A stretch of DNA of 63,884 nucleotides, filler included, from Eubacteriales bacterium (GCA_045636665.1; 7 parts of 7 records of this genome joined end to end with filler, not necessarily neighbours in it), one strand, 5' to 3'. Numbered from the whole stretch's first letter, positions 18,589 to 28,869 are shown. The notes: generated by a model from the letters alone, not told the origin. Program-made: numbers and translations.

Positions 18589-19764
18589 TCAAAATTTAAA
18601 ACGCTTTCCGACTTTTTTCGCAATGCGGTAAATCGGTCCTTCCAACTCTTTTTGCGCGTCCTTGAGACGCTTGCGAATCTCAATTTTTTGCGGACAGTGT
18701 TTTTCACATTTTCCGCATCCGATACAGTTGGATGCCGCGGTTGAATTCGGACGCAATGCGGTGCACATAAAATATTCGACGAGCGCCCAGAACTTACCTT
18801 CCGAAAATCTGCGGTTATATGCGGAAAAGGTTCCGGGAATGTCAACGTTTTTAGGACACGGCATACAGTATCCGCATCCCGTACACCCCACCTTCATCTT
18901 TGAATTGATGGCTTTAACAACGTTTTGAAGCATTGCTTCGTCATCGGCAGTCAGCTCGCCGATTTCTACATTTGATGCAGTGTTGACGTTATCCTCGACA
19001 ATTTCCATTTTGTTCATACCCGACAAAACAACCGTAACCTCGGGTTGATTCCACAGCCAACGGAACGACCATTGTGCAGGAGTGTGCTTTACCGTATGAT
19101 TTGCGAAAATTTCCTTTGCTTCGTCGGGTAAATGCGAAACAAGCTTACCGCCGCGCAAGGGCTCCATAATAATGACGGGAATGTTTTTTGAATTTGCGTG
19201 TTTAAGTCCTTTTCTGCCCGCTTGTGAATTTTCATCCATATAGTTATATTGAATCTGGCAAAATTCCCAATCGTAAGCATCGATAAGCTTACAAAACATT
19301 TCTGAGTTGCCGTGATAAGAAAAGCCGATTTGCTTGATTGCGCCCGACTTTTTCTTTTCCTCAATCCATTCAAGAACACCAATTTGCTTCAGGCGCTCCC
19401 ACGTATCAACGTCGGTCAGCATATGCATCAGATAATAATCGACGTAATCGGTGCGCAATCTTTTAAGCTGTTCGTTGAATTTTTTATCAAGATCCTCTTT
19501 TGATTTTATTAAATAGTGAGGCAATTTTGTGGCGATATAAACCTTTTCGCGTATGCCGTTTTTTTCGAGAATTTCGCCAAGACAAGCTTCGCTTCCGGGA
19601 TAGATATAAGCCGTATCAAAATAATTAACGCCGTGCTCATACGCATACATAATCTCGCGTTCGACTTCTTTCGAATCGGTTGCCCCGTGCCTTCTTGGAA
19701 AACGCATACAGCCAAAGCCGAGTATTGACAGCTTATTGCCGTATTTATCGGTCCTGAAATTCAT
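18589..19764 (-). CDS. Aldo/keto reductase with C-terminal 4Fe-4S domain
   Basis: LGFGCMRFP, YFDTAY, ATKLP, IMEPLRGG; CTGCGYCMPCP and CIGCGKCEKHCP. Confidence 0.92.
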   Translation of the reverse strand: MNFRTDKYGNKLSILGFGCMRFPRRHGATDSKEVEREIMYAYEHGVNYFDTAYIYPGSEACLGEILEKNGIREKVYIATKLPHYLIKSKEDLDKKFNEQLKRLRTDYVDYYLMHMLTDVDTWERLKQIGVLEWIEEKKKSGAIKQIGFSYHGNSEMFCKLIDAYDWEFCQIQYNYMDENSQAGRKGLKHANSKNIPVIIMEPLRGGKLVSHLPDEAKEIFANHTVKHTPAQWSFRWLWNQPEVTVVLSGMNKMEIVEDNVNTASNVEIGELTADDEAMLQNVVKAINSKMKVGCTGCGYCMPCPKNVDIPGTFSAYNRRFSEGKFWALVEYFMCTALRPNSTAASNCIGCGKCEKHCPQKIEIRKRLKDAQKELEGPIYRIAKKVGKRFKF

Positions 19765-19896
19765 AAATACACCCCAAAATCAGATTGTTTTATTGTGTTT
19801 CCTCATTTATTGTAACATAAGCAAGATTAAAAAACAAGGCAAAACAAACAAATTGGCGCACCTGCTTTCGCGGATACGCCAAATACTTGTTTTTCA

Positions 19897-21018
19897 TTAT
19901 ATAAATTTCAAAAGAAGCATAAATGAAGTTAGCAGAATAAGGAATCCAAAGTTGAACAGAGAAAATTCTCTTATGTACTTCCCTGCTTTGCCGGGATTGT
20001 GCTTTGTGTATTCTCTGAACGTTATAAGACTTGCAAGCGATGATATTAAGGTTCCGCAACCGCCGATATTAACGCCGACCAAAAGGTCTTGATAATTATC
20101 GGTAAATTGTGAAAGCAATATTGCAGATGGTACGTTACTTATAACCTGACACGACGATACGCTGAACAGCAACGTGCTTTTTTCAAGAAGCACCGAAAAG
20201 AAATCACGGACAACGTCGATCCTTGCCATATTTCCCGAAAAAATAAAGAAAAATACAAAGGTCAAAAGCAAAGGATAGTCTACCTTGGCTAACGCATTTC
20301 TGTCAAGGAACAAAAGCGATATCGGTATTATTATTAGCCCGATCCAATAAGGTATTCCGCGGAAAACGATTGCGATCGACAATGCAAAAAGAAGGAGATA
20401 TACAGCGGTTCTTCCCTTTGGCAGCTTTTTCTCCTCATCCTCAACATACAACGGTTCGGGTTTTACAAACACAACACAGCACAGCGTTATTAACGCTACA
20501 GAAAGAATAAACGGAGGCGCCATTATCCCCATAAATTCAAGATTCGGAATCTCGAATTTAGAATAGAGATAAAGGTTTTGCGGATTTCCGAACGGTGTTA
20601 ACATTCCGCCGAGGTTCGCAGCAATGTTTTGCATTATGAACGTAAACGCCATATACTTTTCTTTACCCGTGGTCGTAAGAACAAAATAACCGAGCGGTAA
20701 AAAAGTTAAAAGCGCCATATCGTTCGCAATCAGCATTGATCCGATAAAGGTTATATAAACCAATGCAAGAACGCTCATTCTTGCATTTTTGAAAAGCCGC
20801 ACAACCTTTTTTGCAAGCGTATAAAAGAACCTTATATTCTTTAAAGCACACACTACCGCCAAAACGCAAAAAAGACAGGTTAGGGTTTTAAAATCGAAAT
20901 ATTCAATATATTCTTTATCGGGAGGAACGATAAACGACGTTATCAGCGCGGCAAGCAACGCCACAAACATAACGACGTTTTTCTTGATAAACGCGCAGGA
21001 TTTGCAAAGTGTATTCAT
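19897..21018 (-). CDS. CitT/ArsB/SLC13-type anion permease
   Basis: IANDMAL, AANLGGMLTPFGNPQN, SNVP, NIGGCGTLISSLAS; start at ATG 21018 after AAGG. Confidence 0.85.
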   Translation of the reverse strand: MNTLCKSCAFIKKNVVMFVALLAALITSFIVPPDKEYIEYFDFKTLTCLFCVLAVVCALKNIRFFYTLAKKVVRLFKNARMSVLALVYITFIGSMLIANDMALLTFLPLGYFVLTTTGKEKYMAFTFIMQNIAANLGGMLTPFGNPQNLYLYSKFEIPNLEFMGIMAPPFILSVALITLCCVVFVKPEPLYVEDEEKKLPKGRTAVYLLLFALSIAIVFRGIPYWIGLIIIPISLLFLDRNALAKVDYPLLLTFVFFFIFSGNMARIDVVRDFFSVLLEKSTLLFSVSSCQVISNVPSAILLSQFTDNYQDLLVGVNIGGCGTLISSLASLITFREYTKHNPGKAGKYIREFSLFNFGFLILLTSFMLLLKFI

Positions 21019-21122
21019 AATTTTCCTTATATAGAACATAGAGTTTTTGAACAACGGTTCAATTATATACACTTTATAATATTTGTCAATATATGAATCG
21101 GTTAAAACAATTAATAAAATGC

Positions 21123-21154
21123 AAAAGGTTTACCGAACACGGTAAACCTTTTTT
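21123..21154. terminator. Bidirectional terminator
   Basis: AAAAGGTTTACCG-AACA-CGGTAAACCTTTT. Confidence 0.85.
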
Positions 21155-21156
21155 GT

Positions 21157-22398
21157 TTAATCCTCAATCATTTCGGAAAGAGCTGTAAGAATGCCCAATT
21201 TTCCGCTTTCGTAAGTAAGACCGCCTTGCATATAAACAAGATACGGTTCACGCAGAGGTGCATCGGCGGAAAGCTCGATAGAGCTTCCTTGGGTAAACGC
21301 ACCTGCAGCCATAACGACCGAATCGTTATAGCCGGGCATTTCCCATCCCTCGGGAGTTACAAAGCTGTCAACGGGAGAGCCCTTTTGGATACCTCGGCAG
21401 AATTTAAGAACGTTTTCTGCATTATAAAGCTTTATTGTCTGAATAATATCGCTTCGTTTTTCGGTGCTCGGCGGATAGCATTCAAATCCTTGACTTTCAA
21501 AAACCGCGGCAGCAAAATGAGCGGTTTTGATTGCTTGCGCGGTAACGTGCGGAGCGAAGAAAAGACCTTTAATCATCGACTTCGTCGTGCCCATTGAAGC
21601 ACCTGCCTCAAGCCCGATGCCGGGAACTGTAAGACGGTAGGATGCAAGCTCAACAGCTCGTTTTGTTCCGACTATGTAACCGCCTGTTTCGGCAATACCA
21701 CCGCCTGCGTTTTTAATAAGCGAGCCGACAAGAAGATCGCCTTTCGGTTCTTCCTCTTCAACAAATTCGCCATAGCAATTATCAACGATCAAATAAACGC
21801 CGTCAAACTCACGAACGAGATCGAAAAGCTCGTTTATCTCTGCAACGGTAAGTGTTCTTCTGTCACCGTATCCCTTTGAACGCTGAACGTAAACAACCTT
21901 TATCGATTTATCCTCGTTCAAAACCGAACGGACCGCATCGTAATTGAGTGTTTTTCCGTCGATAAGTTCAATATCGCGGTACTTGACACCGTATTCCGCA
22001 AGCGAGCCTTCTCCGTTTTTATCGCTGTCACCAAGACCGATGACGTTATCAAGCGTATCATAAGGCTTTCCGCTTACCGAAAACATTGTATCTCCCGGGC
22101 GCAAAACGCCATATAATGCAATTGCAAGCGCATGGGTGCCCGAAATTATTTGCGAGCGCGCAAAGCCTGCTTCCGCACCGAATGCTTCGGCAAACATTTT
22201 ATCGCACAAATCTCTGCCGTCATCATTATAGCCGTAACCGCAGGTTGGATTAAAATGGCGGTCCGAAAGTTGATTTTCGCGAAATACCGACATTACCTTT
22301 TGGGTATTTTTGAATGCAATAGAATCGATTTCGGCAAAAATCGGTGCAAGATTTTTTTCACACTCAGCCGCAAGCGACATTAGTTTTTCGCTGAACAT
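21157..22398 (-). CDS. PLP-dependent methionine gamma-lyase family / aluminium-resistance protein (YnbB-like)
   Basis: GYGYNDDGR, ISGTHA, QRSKGY, VDNCYGEF, GSLIKNAGGG, IELSAD, QGGLT. Confidence 0.9.
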   Translation of the reverse strand: MFSEKLMSLAAECEKNLAPIFAEIDSIAFKNTQKVMSVFRENQLSDRHFNPTCGYGYNDDGRDLCDKMFAEAFGAEAGFARSQIISGTHALAIALYGVLRPGDTMFSVSGKPYDTLDNVIGLGDSDKNGEGSLAEYGVKYRDIELIDGKTLNYDAVRSVLNEDKSIKVVYVQRSKGYGDRRTLTVAEINELFDLVREFDGVYLIVDNCYGEFVEEEEPKGDLLVGSLIKNAGGGIAETGGYIVGTKRAVELASYRLTVPGIGLEAGASMGTTKSMIKGLFFAPHVTAQAIKTAHFAAAVFESQGFECYPPSTEKRSDIIQTIKLYNAENVLKFCRGIQKGSPVDSFVTPEGWEMPGYNDSVVMAAGAFTQGSSIELSADAPLREPYLVYMQGGLTYESGKLGILTALSEMIED

Positions 22399-22421
22399 AA
22401 TTTAATTACTTCCCTATTAGC

Positions 22422-23417
22422 TTATTCCGCGCCTTTTTCGATAAACGCGATAAGAAGGTCAACGCACGCTTCCATATCGTTGATATCGATAGTTTCAACC
22501 GGTGTATGAGTGTAACGAGTGGGAAGCGAGATACAGCAAGCGTAGGAGCCTGCGCCAGCAAGCTGCATTGCAGAGGTATCTGTGCCGCCTGCAAGGAGAA
22601 CCTCGTATTGATATTTAATGTTACCTTCTTCAGCAAGGTCGGTCAATCTGTCTACCATCTTGGGAGAGCAAATAACAGAGCTGTCCTTAACCTTGATAGC
22701 CGCACCGCCGCCAAGCTTTACGGTAAAGTGATTGGGGTTACCGCAAGCAGGTGCGGGAGTGATATCAAGCGCAATAGAGTAATCGGGCATAATTGCAAAG
22801 GACGAGGGCTTTGCTCCGCGGCATCCTACTTCTTCTTGAGTGGTGAATACGAAATAGGTATCGTACGCAGGGGTTTCGCAGGTAAGAGCAGCGCAAGCAG
22901 CAACGGTACAGCAAATTCTATCGTCAAACGCTTTGGAGGTGTAGCGGTTTGCAGAAAGCTTTTTAACCATGGGAGCTATCGCACAAACGTCGCCGATTTT
23001 AACCTTACGCTTTGCTTTTGCGGCAGAATCCGCACCGATATCAACGAAAAGCTTGTTTGCATTGATATTAGCGGCAGTTGTACCGTCTTCGATAACGAGG
23101 ATACCCGAAGTACCGTTTTGGAATTTTACGTTGTGATAAGACGAAGCAATCGCATTAATGCCGCCGATGGGAGCAACGCGGATAAGACCGTTATCCTCGA
23201 TATTTACTACCATAAAGCCGATTTCGTCCATGTGGGCCGCAATCATAAGCTTTTTAGAGGAATCTTTGCCCTTTTTAAGTGCAACAACATTGCCCATTGC
23301 ATCGATTTTGATTTCGTCGCATACGGGTGCGAGGTCGTTTTTAATAATTTCCGCAAGCTCGGTTTCAAAGCCGGAAACAGAAAATGCGTTTTGATATTTT
23401 TTCATTATATTTAACAT
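22422..23417 (-). CDS. M42 family metallo-aminopeptidase (paralog 3)
   Basis: AHMDEIG, FDDR, QEEVG, GGTD, RYTHT. Confidence 0.92.
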   Translation of the reverse strand: MLNIMKKYQNAFSVSGFETELAEIIKNDLAPVCDEIKIDAMGNVVALKKGKDSSKKLMIAAHMDEIGFMVVNIEDNGLIRVAPIGGINAIASSYHNVKFQNGTSGILVIEDGTTAANINANKLFVDIGADSAAKAKRKVKIGDVCAIAPMVKKLSANRYTSKAFDDRICCTVAACAALTCETPAYDTYFVFTTQEEVGCRGAKPSSFAIMPDYSIALDITPAPACGNPNHFTVKLGGGAAIKVKDSSVICSPKMVDRLTDLAEEGNIKYQYEVLLAGGTDTSAMQLAGAGSYACCISLPTRYTHTPVETIDINDMEACVDLLIAFIEKGAE

Positions 23418-24436
23418 TAGTTAAAGCTCCTTTCGTTAATAGCAGCCGCAAGGTCGGCAACAGCTTGTATATCTTCAAGAGAAAGAACGTTTGATTGCGA
23501 GTGGATATAACGCGTAGGGGCGCTTATTGCCAATACTCTTGCACCCGATGCAGCTCGTTGATAAGCGCCTGCTTCGTTACCGCCTGCAACAACGTTTTTG
23601 TATTGCCATTTAATATTCTTTTCATCGGCAATCTCGGTTGCAAGTTCAAGCAAGGATTGATCGTAAATTGTGCTTCTATCCATAATCGAAAGCACTGCAC
23701 CGCCGCCTACAGAGCAAGCGCATTTTGATTTGGGAACACCCAATATATCGCCTGCCGTAGTTGCCTCAAGAGCAATTACAACGTCGGGACGCAAGCGGTG
23801 AGCAACCTCCTTAGCGCCGTCACAGCCAATCTCCTCGCAAGTATTGAACGCGAAATAGGTGTCGTATTCCAAATCACTGTTAATCATTGCAACAAGAGCC
23901 GCGCAGCCGAAACGGTCGTCGAGAGCTTTGGAGCAAATCAAACCATTTCCAAATTCTTCATAGTTGGGAGTAAAGGTACAACAATCACCGACAGTGATAT
24001 ACTGCTTTGCTTCTTCACGGTTTTCTGCGCCGATATCTATACGCATTTCGCTTATCGGTTCGCACTTGCCTTTTTCCTCGGGAGTCTGCATGTGGATTGC
24101 TTTCGAAGCAACGACGCCGTTAATACCGCTTTCGCAGAATACAACACGGCGACCGCTTACAACTCTTCTGTCGACACCGCCGACAGCATCGAACCAAAGA
24201 TAACCCTCTTCGTCGATATATTTAACCATAAAGCCGACTTCGTCCATATGAACGGAGAACAAGACCTTATTGTCACGGCGTTGTTTACCTTTTTTGAATA
24301 CGATAAGATTACCCATAGGATCGGTTTCATAATCGCAACCCGAATCCTTGATATCGTCAATAATAGCTTCGCGAACCGCATCTTCCATACCGGAAGGACC
24401 GAGAATATCGCAATATTTCTTAAGATATTTCATCAT
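23417..24436 (-). CDS. M42 family metallo-aminopeptidase (paralog 2)
   Basis: VHMDEVG, LDDR, CEEIG, GGNE, RYIHS. Confidence 0.92.
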   Translation of the reverse strand: MMKYLKKYCDILGPSGMEDAVREAIIDDIKDSGCDYETDPMGNLIVFKKGKQRRDNKVLFSVHMDEVGFMVKYIDEEGYLWFDAVGGVDRRVVSGRRVVFCESGINGVVASKAIHMQTPEEKGKCEPISEMRIDIGAENREEAKQYITVGDCCTFTPNYEEFGNGLICSKALDDRFGCAALVAMINSDLEYDTYFAFNTCEEIGCDGAKEVAHRLRPDVVIALEATTAGDILGVPKSKCACSVGGGAVLSIMDRSTIYDQSLLELATEIADEKNIKWQYKNVVAGGNEAGAYQRAASGARVLAISAPTRYIHSQSNVLSLEDIQAVADLAAAINERSFN

Positions 24437-24454
24437 GGCTGATACCCTCCTTTA

Positions 24455-25486
24455 TCAAAGCGATTGCAATACCGCCGCGACAAGACGCGAGGTATTCAAA
24501 GCATCGTTCATATCAACGATTTCACTCATGGTGTGCATATTCTTCAAGGGAATGGAAACAAGGAACGTGGGAATACCGTTACCTGCGGTCTGAACTGCAT
24601 TTGAATTCGTACCGGTTCTTCCGGGTGCCGCCGAAAGCTGATAGGGGATGCCTTCCCTCTCGGCAACGCTTATTGCATATTTCGTCCACGCTCTGTGAGT
24701 CTGCGGTGACAAGCAAATATCTCCGCCGTTGCCTGCGCGTACGCCTTCGCGCGTTTTGGGTGCGCCGGGAACGAACGCATGGGTAACGTCGATAACTATT
24801 GCCTTGTCGGGATTAAGAAGGTACGCGGTGGTCATAGCGCCTTTATAACCGATTTCTTCGCCGCCCGAGAACTGGAAAGCAACGTCAACGTTGAGTTTGG
24901 ATTTATCGAGCATCATTATTGCTCTTACGATAGCCGCGCCGCAAAGACGATCGTCAAAACCTGCGCCTGCAAGGTTTTCGCCAAGAAGCTTTGTCAGCTT
25001 ACACGGGAATGCACAAGGTGTTCCGACACGAACGTACTTCTTTAATTCATCAAGAGGCATACCCGTGTCAATAAAGATTTCGGTAACCTCCATCTTCTTT
25101 TCGCTTTCACCAGGTTCTTGAAGGTGAGGCGGTTTCGAAGCAAAAATGCCGCGAATCGTCTTTTTGCCGTAGACCAAAACATCTGTTGCGGGAAGAATTT
25201 TTGCCGCAATACCGCCAATGTTGGCGATACGCAAAAATCCGCCTTCGCAAAGCTCGGTTACTACAAAACCGACGGTATCAAGGTGAGCGTCACAAAGTAC
25301 AAGCGGTGCGTTTTCTTTACCGCAACGCATTATGCCGTAAAAGCTTCCGACCGAGGTGGTGCCCATCTCATCAAAGATTCCCAATGTTTCCACATAGGTG
25401 CGCAAATCTTCAAAAGCGGAATCCTCAAATCCCGAAACACCGGGATAGGCCGTAAAGTTTTCTACGAGGGTGTATAATTTTTCCAT
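24455..25486 (-). CDS. M42 family metallo-aminopeptidase (paralog 1)
   Basis: AHLDTVG, KPPHL, FDDR, GEEIG, TGTN, NMHT. Confidence 0.9.
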   Translation of the reverse strand: MEKLYTLVENFTAYPGVSGFEDSAFEDLRTYVETLGIFDEMGTTSVGSFYGIMRCGKENAPLVLCDAHLDTVGFVVTELCEGGFLRIANIGGIAAKILPATDVLVYGKKTIRGIFASKPPHLQEPGESEKKMEVTEIFIDTGMPLDELKKYVRVGTPCAFPCKLTKLLGENLAGAGFDDRLCGAAIVRAIMMLDKSKLNVDVAFQFSGGEEIGYKGAMTTAYLLNPDKAIVIDVTHAFVPGAPKTREGVRAGNGGDICLSPQTHRAWTKYAISVAEREGIPYQLSAAPGRTGTNSNAVQTAGNGIPTFLVSIPLKNMHTMSEIVDMNDALNTSRLVAAVLQSL

Positions 25487-25497
25487 ATGTTACCTCC

Positions 25498-26841
25498 TCA
25501 GAGTAAATTTACAATTCTCTTGAACACGTTTCCGCGTTCTGCAAAATTTCTAAACATATCAAAGCTTGCTGATGCAGGAGTCAAAACAACGTTATCTCCG
25601 TTAGTTGCCTTTTCCTTGGCAAGCTTAACCGCGGTTTCAAAATCCTCGGTTATTACGTATTCGGTATAACCGACGTTGTTGAAGACGTCGGCAATCTTTT
25701 TGGCGGTAGCTCCGCAAAGAACGGTATATTTAACCTTGTTCTTAAAAAGCTCTCCAATCGGTTCGTACGGTATGTTCTTATCGTATCCGCCGCAGATTGC
25801 TATGATCGGTGTTTTAAAGGCATTAACACATGCCGTTGTACGTGACGGACTCGAATCTATAGAGGAATTATAGAACTTAACACCGTTTATTTCACGGACA
25901 AATTCAATTCTGTGCTCTACTCCTCCGAATTCACTTGCAACCTTATTCAGCGTTTCAACACTGACAAGATCTTTAACAGCCGAATATGCGGCGGCATAAT
26001 TGTATCGGTTATGTCTGCCGACGATTCGTATATCGTTATCATTTACCAAGCAAGTGCCGTTTTCGTATATTCCGTCATCGGTGAAATATATATCGCCGTT
26101 TTGAGTGTTTCCCGATATTGTGCGTATATTTCCCATTGCACATTTTTTGAATTCTTCCGAATATTCGTCGTCAAGATTAAGAACCAGAAGCGAGGAAGAA
26201 TTTTGGAAAGTGAATATGCGTTTTTTGGCTTCAACGTATTCGCTCATATCAACGTGCCAATCGAGGTGATTGGGTGCGACGTTGGTAACGACCGCGATAT
26301 CGGGGCTTTCCGAAAGCTTCATAAGCTGGAAAGACGAAAGCTCGATAACGGCATAATCATTTTCGGTAATTTCATCGAGCGTCGCAAAAAGGTTTACGCC
26401 GATATTTCCGCCGAGCCAAACCTTGTATCCTTGGGCTTCCAAAAGCTTAGCGATAAGAGTCGTTGTGGTGGTCTTGCCGTCGCTTCCCGTTACCGCAATT
26501 TTTTTGCAGGGACACAGACGGAAAAACTCCTCCATTTCACTTGTAACGCGAGTGCCGTTTTTTCGAGCTTGGTCGATACCGTTTAAATCGGGACGGACTG
26601 CGGGAGAAAGAAACAACAGCGTTTCGTTTATACCCTCAAGATAATTTTCACCGCAGATAAAATCGACACCGAGACTGACAAGCTCGGAATAAAAATCTCT
26701 GTCGGATAAATCATTCTTATCGCGCACGACACAGCTTGCGCCGTTTGCCGCAAAAAGCTTTATGACAGGCAGATTGGAAACACCCATTCCGACAAATCCG
26801 ACCGTTTTTCCTTTGTAGTTTGATGCGTATTCTTTTAACAC
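25498..26841 (-). CDS. murD: UDP-N-acetylmuramoyl-L-alanine:D-glutamate ligase
   Basis: VTGSDGKTTTT, GGNIG, ELSSFQL, PNHLDWH, GVEHRIE, PASASFDMF; GTG start 26841 after GGAGG. Confidence 0.95.
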   Translation of the reverse strand: MLKEYASNYKGKTVGFVGMGVSNLPVIKLFAANGASCVVRDKNDLSDRDFYSELVSLGVDFICGENYLEGINETLLFLSPAVRPDLNGIDQARKNGTRVTSEMEEFFRLCPCKKIAVTGSDGKTTTTTLIAKLLEAQGYKVWLGGNIGVNLFATLDEITENDYAVIELSSFQLMKLSESPDIAVVTNVAPNHLDWHVDMSEYVEAKKRIFTFQNSSSLLVLNLDDEYSEEFKKCAMGNIRTISGNTQNGDIYFTDDGIYENGTCLVNDNDIRIVGRHNRYNYAAAYSAVKDLVSVETLNKVASEFGGVEHRIEFVREINGVKFYNSSIDSSPSRTTACVNAFKTPIIAICGGYDKNIPYEPIGELFKNKVKYTVLCGATAKKIADVFNNVGYTEYVITEDFETAVKLAKEKATNGDNVVLTPASASFDMFRNFAERGNVFKRIVNLL

Positions 26842-26921
26842 GAAGAATACCTCCAATATGTACTAACTTACTCATTATATATCCATTATAAGAAATAATC
26901 AAGGTTTTTGACAGAAGATAT

Positions 26922-26950
26922 TTGACAAAATAAAAGGAATATGATACAAT
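26922..26950 (+). promoter_or_regulatory. Sigma-A promoter of rnpB
   Basis: TTGACA-17 bp-TACAAT with extended TG, ending 6 nt before the RNA start. Confidence 0.85.
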
Positions 26951-26956
26951 TTTGTT

Positions 26957-27303
26957 GCGACCGTACCGAACAATCGCGCGGTGCCATGGCGAAAGCCCGT
27001 ACCGTGAGGAAAGTCCGAGCTCCACAGAGCAGGATAACAGATAACATCTGCCGAAGGCGACTTTAGGGCCAGTGCAACAGAAATAAACCGCCAAGATTTC
27101 TTGGTAAGGATGGAAAGGCGAGGTAAGAGCTCACCGGTGTGTCGGAGACGGCACAGCCATGTAAACCCTATCCGGAGCAACACCGTGGCGGGGGCATATG
27201 CTTGCTCGGCAGCCCCTATGGAGGTGGCATGGAGGTTTATGGCAACATAAACCCAAGATAGATGATTGTTCACGACAGAACTCGGCTTATAGGTACGTGT
27301 CGC
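26957..27303 (+). ncRNA. rnpB: RNase P RNA (type A)
   Basis: GAGGAAAGTCCGAGCTC, AGTGCAACAGAAA, GGTAAGAGC, GTAAACCC..GGAGCAA, AGATAGATG, ACAGAACTCGGCTTA; P1 pairing of GCGACCGTACC with GGTACGTGTCGC. Confidence 0.97.
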
Positions 27304-27314
27304 TAACCAAACAT

Positions 27315-27344
27315 AAAAAGCACCCTGAAAAACGGGTGCTTTTT
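27315..27344. terminator. Bidirectional terminator after rnpB
   Basis: AAAAAGCACCC...GGGTGCTTTTT. Confidence 0.85.
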
Positions 27345-27379
27345 GTTTTATTTTATCCCTACTACTTTTTAATCAAAAC

Positions 27380-27607
27380 TTAATAGTTTGTGGTTATTAA
27401 ATTATCCGTACTGTTGTTTTCTATATATCCCTTTAAATACGAAAGAATTTCAATTGTACAGTCCACAACCCTGTTATGTTTATACTGACGGTTGCAGGAA
27501 AAATAACCGAAATATCCCCACGGGTCTTTGGTTTGACTTCCCCAATCCCAGAGACCGTCGGAATTTGTTTGTTCTAACAGCCATTCCGTCGCATTTTTTA
27601 AATAAAG
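27380..27607 (-). CDS. C-terminal fragment of a hypothetical protein with a QW-like (prenyltransferase/squalene cyclase repeat) motif; cut by the gap
   Basis: Hand translation: LYLKNATEWLLEQTNSDGLWDWGSQTKDPWGYFGYFSCNRQYKHNRVVDCTIEILSYLKGY...NY-stop; not in the ORF track. Confidence 0.6.
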   Translation of the reverse strand, partial: LYLKNATEWLLEQTNSDGLWDWGSQTKDPWGYFGYFSCNRQYKHNRVVDCTIEILSYLKGYIENNSTDNLITTNY

Positions 27608-27609
27608 TT

Positions 27610-27709
27610 NNNNNNNNNNNNNNNNNNNNNNNNNNNNNNNNNNNNNNNNNNNNTTAATTAATTAANNNNNNNNNNNNNNNNNNNNNNNNNNNNNNNNNNN
27701 NNNNNNNNN
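27610..27709. other. Artificial contig linker
   Basis: N44-TTAATTAATTAA-N44, with stops in all six frames. Confidence 0.98.
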
Positions 27710-27778
27710 TAATCATATACACAGAGTAGTATGCCGAATTCTACTTTAAAGTTTCGGCGACTTTGGAGGATTTAAAAC

Positions 27779-28369
27779 GTGTTGTCCATTACGCAGGAAA
27801 AATTGTCCCAACCAAGCGAAGAGGCGCTTATCGCCTCCGCCAAAAAGGGTGATGAACAAGCGTTTGAGCTCCTCGCAAGAACCTATAAACGCGTTCTCGA
27901 TTTTCATATCAGACAAATCGATCAAGATCCTTCGAATTATGACGATTTATTTCAGGAAGGACTTATCGGTCTGCTGAAGGCTGTAAGAAACTACGATGGG
28001 AAGTCTTCCGCATTTTCAACGTTTGCTTCTCTTTGTGTGCGTAACAGCATTATCAGCGGCGTACGCAAGTACGCAAGCCAAACGTCCAAAACGGTATCGT
28101 TGCCCGATGTTATCGAAGCGGAACGCATAACCCCGTCTGCCGAGGAGGTACATCTCGACAGCGAAAGAGTAAAGCTTTTATTCGACTTGGTTTTTAAAGC
28201 CTTGTCGCCGTTTGAAAAAACGGTATTTGAGCTTTATTTGGCAGATATGCCCTATGAATCGATTGCATTCGCAACCGGAAAAAGCGTTCGCAGTATCCAA
28301 AATGCCGTTTTTCGGATAAGAACCAAGCTAAAGCAAATAGTCGGCGACGCTGATAATTTGCCCCATTAA
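27779..28369 (+). CDS. SigH-like sigma-70 family factor
   Basis: DLFQEGLIGLLKAVRNYD, FSTFASLCVRNSI, region 4 SIQNAVFRIRTKL; GGAGG RBS with GTG start. Confidence 0.82.
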   Translation: MLSITQEKLSQPSEEALIASAKKGDEQAFELLARTYKRVLDFHIRQIDQDPSNYDDLFQEGLIGLLKAVRNYDGKSSAFSTFASLCVRNSIISGVRKYASQTSKTVSLPDVIEAERITPSAEEVHLDSERVKLLFDLVFKALSPFEKTVFELYLADMPYESIAFATGKSVRSIQNAVFRIRTKLKQIVGDADNLPH

Positions 28370-28423
28370 TCAAATAACCCGAACAGGGAAATTTAAAATT
28401 CAACCACAAGAGGAGATCCACCA

Positions 28424-28699
28424 ATGTACGAAGACAAGACACTCACTTGCAAAGATTGCGGCAACGAATTCGTTTTCACCGCAGGCGAACAGGAATTCTA
28501 CGCTGAACGCGGCTTCCAAAACGAGCCCCAACGCTGCAAGGCTTGCAGAGACGCAAGAAAGCAGGCTACCAAAGCTCCCAGAGAAATGTTCACCGCAGTT
28601 TGCGCTGAATGTGGCTGCGAAGCTAAGATTCCCTTCCAGCCCTCTGATGACAGACCTGTTTACTGCAGCGATTGTTTCGCAAAAAAGAGAAACGCGTAA
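28424..28699 (+). CDS. Zinc-ribbon protein (CxxC-x17-CxxC family)
   Basis: DKTLTCKDCG..FVFTAGEQEFY..PQRCKAC; CAECG...RPVYCSDCF. Confidence 0.92.
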   Translation: MYEDKTLTCKDCGNEFVFTAGEQEFYAERGFQNEPQRCKACRDARKQATKAPREMFTAVCAECGCEAKIPFQPSDDRPVYCSDCFAKKRNA

Positions 28700-28738
28700 T
28701 CATTTTATAGCGTGAATCCGCGCTGAATTTAATTACTA

Positions 28739-28775
28739 ATGCCTGCTACTTTTTGTGGCAGGCATCTCTTTTTTT
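28739..28775 (+). terminator. Intrinsic terminator
   Basis: ATGCCTGCTAC/GTGGCAGGCAT stem followed by a T run. Confidence 0.75.
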
Positions 28776-28869
28776 ACGTTTTAAAACCCAACCTAACTAA
28801 AAAACGTATTGCATATCCTCCTTAAAATGTGTTACAATGTATATATCTTAAATAAGGAAGAAAAAAATT

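Noticed and set aside
26717..27383. ORFs of 125, 124 and 61 aa
   Set aside because: They overlap the RNase P RNA gene, which explains the sequence.
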